DNA from: Paramicrosporidium saccamoebae KSL3
Taxonomy: Eukaryota; Fungi; Cryptomycota
Length of the DNA: 22,046 nt
Direction of reading: 5' to 3'
NCBI GenBank assembly: GCA_002794465.1
Contig: MTSL01000075.1
Span: 1 to 22,046 of the forward strand
Numbering within the stretch: the first letter of the stretch is position 1; every line of letters starts with the position of its first letter. Shown here piece after piece: positions 17,599 to 22,046 of this stretch. Below the pieces are notes generated by a model. The model ran no database searches, was not told the DNA's origin, and saw only the letters and a program-made list of their open reading frames with translations. A program made the translations under genes and the position numbers.

Positions 17599-17924
17599 TG
17601 CTTCGAGGGTTGTTGGTAATATAATTGACGCAAATAATGTAGTAAATATGCTTAGTTGTACGGATGCTGTTACGAGGTTAGCAATAATACCCTTTATTGG
17701 AATTTCTGGGTTGTACTAGTGATACGTGGTGAATCAATTTGTGTTTAAGGGATGATCAGAGGGAAGAATTTGTCCTATAAATGCACCCCGTAAATACGAC
17801 CTGCAAATAAGTTTTGCAAAAACATTACACTTTACAAAATCAAACTCTTTCGTTAGGCATATGCGACGGTAGTGCTTGAACGTAGGTAGACGGGTCCTTA
17901 CGTCGCAACTATCTCACCAATGTG

Positions 17925-18250
17925 TCATTTTCTTTTTGGACTCTTTCTTGATGTGGACACTTTTTCAACGCGAGATTTCCTAGGCTGGACGTTATTAGCC
18001 TGAGCCAATGGTTCATCCATAGATTCTAATGGGCGTTTTTGCCCATATGGCGCGATTGCGACAAATGTTCTCTGCACCCTGTGTAACAATTCGATCAATC
18101 CACTCTCGTTCAGCTGTTCAATCTCTTGCATAGTGGGTAAATTTCCCAGCATTTCGTCTTTAGATACATAAAGCGATGCATATAGTAGCCACTCGATGCC
18201 GTTGTCCATCTTGTCCTACTTGTGCACTATTCTAAAAATACCATTTCCAT
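17925..18250 (-). CDS. Small hypothetical protein, 99 aa with a 26-nt intron (18241-18216), or 94 aa from ATG 18209; basic C-terminus
   Basis: Open frame with amphipathic-helix character and terminal SRKSPKRK; ATG GAA ATG|GTATTT...AAGTAG|GAC joins in frame. No family recognised. Confidence 0.5.
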
Positions 18251-18305
18251 GTTTAGATCCCTCCACTCTGCTAGCCAATGGCGACAAGGATGCACCTACC
18301 ATATT

Positions 18306-18312
18306 TGATTGG
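18306..18312. promoter_or_regulatory. CCAAT-box-like element (TGATTGG, reverse CAGCCAATCA) about 22 bp upstream of the ABCG ATG; a second AGCCAAT at 18273-18279
   Basis: Matches the NF-Y/Hap consensus RRCCAAT, inside an 83-bp divergent promoter. Confidence 0.45.
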
Positions 18313-18333
18313 CTGCAGGGGATACATACTCAT

Positions 18334-20203
18334 ATGATGAACCTAGAACACCGTATTGAAGTGCAGTGCCACAAGCTGTCTCTAAGTGTGAAGCTCCCGG
18401 CCAAGAAGAACCAAACGGGAGCAGAAAAGACTCTATTGAAGGATGTGACTGTTGCATTCAAGCCTGGTCGAATGACTGCCATTATGGGGGCGTCGGGCGC
18501 CGGAAAGACTTCTCTTCTTTCTCTTCTAGTATCTCAAACGAAACCACTAATGCATGTAGGCGGGGGATGCGCCAAAGGGTTCCAAGGTGGAGGGTGCTAT
18601 AGTTGTGAATGGGGCAATCTGTCCCGGTCGGAAAATGAAGAAAATATCTGGCTTTGTGTTCCAGGACGATGTGCTCTATCCCACAATGACCGTGTATGAA
18701 TGCGTTATGATGTCGGCCAAACTTCGTCTCCCCGACAGTATCCCGCTCTCTGAGAAGCAAGCACGCGCAGACGAGATTATCAAGCTCCTTGGCCTCGAAA
18801 AGGCACGCGACACCATCATTGGGACCCCAGAGACAAAGGGCATTTCTGGAGGTGAGAGAAAGAGAACTGCGATCGCGATGGAAATGATTATGAACCCCGA
18901 CATCCTCTTCTTGGACGAGCCCACCTCGGGGTTAGACACATTTGCAGCGTACAATGTGGTAAGCCAGCTGAAGAGTCTTGCCGAAAACGGAAAGACCGTT
19001 GTAGCTACTATCCATCAGCCGGCATCAAAAACATTTAATCTTTTTGATGACCTCCTATTGCTGGCCGAGGGACGCGTAATTTACTACGGACCGACACAGA
19101 ATGTTCTCGAGTATCTGTCCCAGTTGGACTTTGAATGTCCGCAGTACACGAATCCTGCAGACTTTTTGTTCATGGACGTCCTTAATGAATCCGACACCAG
19201 CTCCTACGCCGGTCCCATCAAGGTGGGCGATGTCCACGAATCAACCAATGCAAAGCTGATCAGAGCCTGGAATGCATCGCCTCTAAGCACTCAGCTTGCC
19301 AAAAAGATTGAACTCAACCGCGACCCTGCTGTCTTGGAAAAGATTTTTGCAAATTCACAGAAGGAAAGCAGCTCCACCATGTCCCAACTTTCCTTCCTCA
19401 TTCGCCGGGCTGCTGCCAATGCCATCCGTAACAAAATGGTCATCTTTGTGCGGCTTGCCAAAGCCATTTTTATGGGAATTATGATTGCTTCCATTTACTA
19501 TGACCTGCCGTCAAAGAAGGGCGCTGCCCAGACCCAGAATCGAGCAAGCGCACTCTTTTTCATTTGCACCATTGAAATGTTCTCGTCTGTTGGAAACTCT
19601 CTCTTCCAGTTTGCTGGAGAAAAATCAGTCTTTATCCGCGAGTACGGGAACGGCTACTACGGCCTACTGCCGTATTTCCTGTCCAAATCGGTGCTGGAGG
19701 TACCATTGGGGCTGTTTACTCCCTTTGTCATGGTAAGTATTCTCTATCCGATCACGGGTCTGCGTCCCGGATGGATGCATTTTTTGATTGCCGTAGTGAC
19801 CGCACAGCTAATGTCACTCGTCGGTGCGGCCATTGGATTGCTCCTGGGGGCCGTCTTCCCCAACTTCCAGGCTGCCATGGCCATCATGCCTGCCATCACC
19901 ATGCCTATGATGATCTTTGGTGGTCTTCAAGTCAACATCAAGTCTCTCCCATGGTATTTCAAGCCAATGCCATATCTGTCCCCGGTAAGATGGGCCTTTT
20001 CAGTACTGGCGCAGAACGAACTCGCTGGGCTAAAGTTTGCCGATTGCGCACCCGGTACTCCTTGCAGTGGTGATGCAGCACTGGCCTTTTTCTCCTTGCA
20101 AAATGATCCCAGTATTTCTACTAGTTGGCTGATGCTTGTCTTAATGATAGTGGTATACTCCTTCTTAGGCTTCCTTGCCCTATGGAGAGTCTCTCGGCGC
20201 TAG
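18334..20203 (+). CDS. ABCG (white-family) half-transporter, about 612 aa; exons 18334-18528, 18560-20203
   Basis: A 31-nt intron (18529-18559) joins Walker A GASGAGKTS to FVFQDD, ISGGERKR, LFLDEPTSGLD, TIHQP and NPADF; NBD-then-TMD order with FIREYGNGYY and PYLSPVRWAF. Confidence 0.92.
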
Positions 20204-20212
20204 ATTGGGTTG

Positions 20213-20235
20213 AATAAAAAAACCAGGGCTTTATT
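20213..20235. terminator. Opposing candidate poly(A) signals: AATAAA on + at 20213-20218 and on - at 20235-20230
   Basis: Both lie in or at the edge of the 30-bp gap between the convergent ABCG and Pib1 stop codons; the minus-strand signal overlaps the Pib1 stop. Confidence 0.45.
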
Positions 20236-21304
20236 ATCCCGTGTGGTAGGGGCAGCACTTTCCCCGCTCAAACCAGGCAGTGATGCACTTTTGATGAAAC
20301 TGGCACATGCAATTCAACACGGCAATATGTTGTCCTTCCTCAAAGTCCTCGAAGCAAATGCTGCATTCCCTTGATCCGGCCTCGCCAGTCCAGCGATGGG
20401 TGGTAAATCGGTCGCCCTGGATCGAGCCGCTCCTCTCTGTCTTGTTGATGCATTCATTGACGTGCTCTTGCATCCTCTTGCAATCCCATTTCCTGAATGA
20501 TACAGAACAGACGGGACACGTTTCCAAGGTGACATCGGTGAATTGTGTCTCATTGGGTCGAACATTACTTTTGAATCGCGTTGGTAGCGACAGAGCCGCC
20601 GCAATCCGGGAGAATACGCTCTCGCTGGACGGAGTAGAATTTGGACTCACCATTGGAGCATACATTAGTGGGACAGACGTTGTTATTGGGCCAGGGAGGG
20701 GTCCTACCGCAAGCTCCTCATCAAACCTCAATAAATTTTCATCAACTGATGATGCGGTGGGTGTGGGCGTCCCTGTATGTGACCAATCATCAGCCATCGG
20801 CACTACTGCTGCAACCTTTCTATATTGCATGGTAAATCCCAGTCCACATCGGTCAGCAGGCACCAGCACCGCCTGTTCGTCCTCAACAAGTTCGTCGAGA
20901 CAACTATTACTACATTGTCAGCACAGACAAGGCCGTTACCACATCCGATAGTGGTTCTTATCATCTATGCCCCGCAGATTTGTCAGTCTATTGTTTGAAC
21001 AGTCATTGCAAAATATCCTGCCACACCTCCGACAATGGTGTCTTCTCGTAAACACACTGAAGCGTCGTTGGCATCCAATACAGGCCGCTACCATTGTGTC
21101 GGCAATCCATGACCGACGTCGTGGTGTGCTGTTACTGTGGTGCGGGTGGGTCGGCGAGCTGGGTTCGAATAGTTCTATCAGTGGTACCGGCTCTGGATTC
21201 CGACGACGGTTAGGAACAGCAATGGGCGAGGCAAAGTCTACATGGTCGTGTTTTTCGTCATAAGGCATGTCCTGTAGGTCGGGGTCGAGTCTATTTACAA
21301 ACAT
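20234..21304 (-). CDS. PIB1: Pib1-type FYVE + RING E3 ubiquitin ligase, about 346 aa; exons 21304-20940, 20909-20234; N-terminus may extend further
   Basis: A 30-nt intron (20939-20910, branch-like GCTGAC) completes the FYVE domain (WIAD..CIGC...RRHHCRRCGRIFC...RMC|NSC). Also a UBZ-like CPVC...HVNEC and a Pib1/ZNRF-type RING CSIC...LNCMCQFHQKC...CPYH. Confidence 0.87.
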
Positions 21305-21536
21305 GACTGGGACTGGAGCTTGAATATAATTCACGAATTGAATCTCGCCGTACTGTTCAAAGTACTTCTACTTTGGGTAAATTACCAAAGTCATCTTTTT
21401 GTTTCCGTCAGTGCATCAGTTTCAGTGTATTCATAAGATAATGGTTGTCTGTACATTCAATTTCATACACTATTTATTACTGGCGTGTAATTGCAATCTA
21501 AGTCTAAATTCTCACCGAAACCCCTGGTAGACATTC

Positions 21537-22046
21537 ATGCGTCTTGAACTTGCATTTAACGTCGTCCTTGCCGCCCTCTTGGCGCTCGTCTCTGCCACGG
21601 ACAAGGCTCCCGTTGTTACTGACAAGGTCTTCTTCGACATTACTGTTGGAGGCAAGCCTCTTGGTCGTCTGGTCATTGGTCTCTTCGGACAGGAATGTCC
21701 CAAGACTGTCGAGAACTTCCTTAAATTGACTACTGGCGAAAAGTCTACCGACTCTGAGAAGCTCCATTATAAGGGCTCAGCGTTCCATCGTGTTATTAAG
21801 AAGTTTATGATCCAAGGAGGCGACTTTACTCGTGGGTAAGCAGGATGGGGATGGCTAGATTGGTGTAGTGACGGTACTGGTGGAAAGTCAATTTACGGCA
21901 GCAAGTTTAATGATGAGAACTTTACCCTCAAGCACACTGAACCCGGAATGTTGTCAATGGCCAATGCCGGTACGCGAGATGTATATGATTCTAATTGCAG
22001 GTCCCAACACCAATGGCTCGCAATTCTTTATAACCACTGTGCCCAC
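21537..22046 (+). CDS. PPIB: Cyclophilin B (ER-lumenal PPIase), truncated by the window end; exons 21537-21835, 21869-21969, 22001->22046
   Basis: Signal peptide [20 protein letters not shown]; [34 protein letters not shown]|[17 protein letters not shown]|[12 protein letters not shown]; introns of 33 and 31 nt. Confidence 0.95.

Noticed and set aside
20307-20951. 214-aa plus-strand ORF
   Set aside because: Antisense to Pib1, whose zinc-binding motifs identify the true strand.
21160-21172. tRNA T-loop-like GGTTCGAAT
   Set aside because: Lies inside the Pib1 coding exon, with no cloverleaf or A-box.
1-22046. Transposons, viral genes, prokaryotic operons or defence systems
   Set aside because: No transposase, RT, integrase or terminal repeats were seen. 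All recognisable genes are eukaryotic housekeeping genes, many with spliceosomal introns.

Overview
Eukaryotic, very gene-dense window: 17 protein-coding genes in 22 kb, one cut by the right edge. There are 14 well-supported GT-AG introns of only 30-38 nt, plus one weaker 26-nt candidate, and some intergenic gaps are only 24-35 bp. Genes in order: BET3, PLK4-type polo kinase, dolichol kinase, Rab11, Pin1/Ess1, ABCD4-like transporter, CPSF30/YTH1, Ntr2/GCFC-family splicing factor, a two-intron orphan, eEF1B-gamma, a small coiled-coil + Num1/Mcp5-type PH protein, USP36/42-type deubiquitinase, PTS2-bearing 3-ketoacyl-CoA thiolase, a small basic orphan, an ABCG half-transporter, Pib1-type FYVE-RING ligase and cyclophilin B (partial). 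Non-coding structure includes a 4x23-bp tandem array and a 4x52-bp array with 104-bp higher-order alternation. The mix of ancestral opisthokont genes (PLK4, ABCD4, full GCFC) with fungal-type genes (Num1-like PH, Pib1) in a compact, tiny-intron genome suggests an early-diverging fungal or rozellid/early-microsporidian organism. That assignment is inference only. The most notable signals are a linker-less, degron-less mini-PLK4, a mini-Num1-like protein in the same window, and a likely cobalamin transporter. No tRNA, rRNA, CRISPR array or transposon is supportable. All family calls are by motif recognition; no database search was run.
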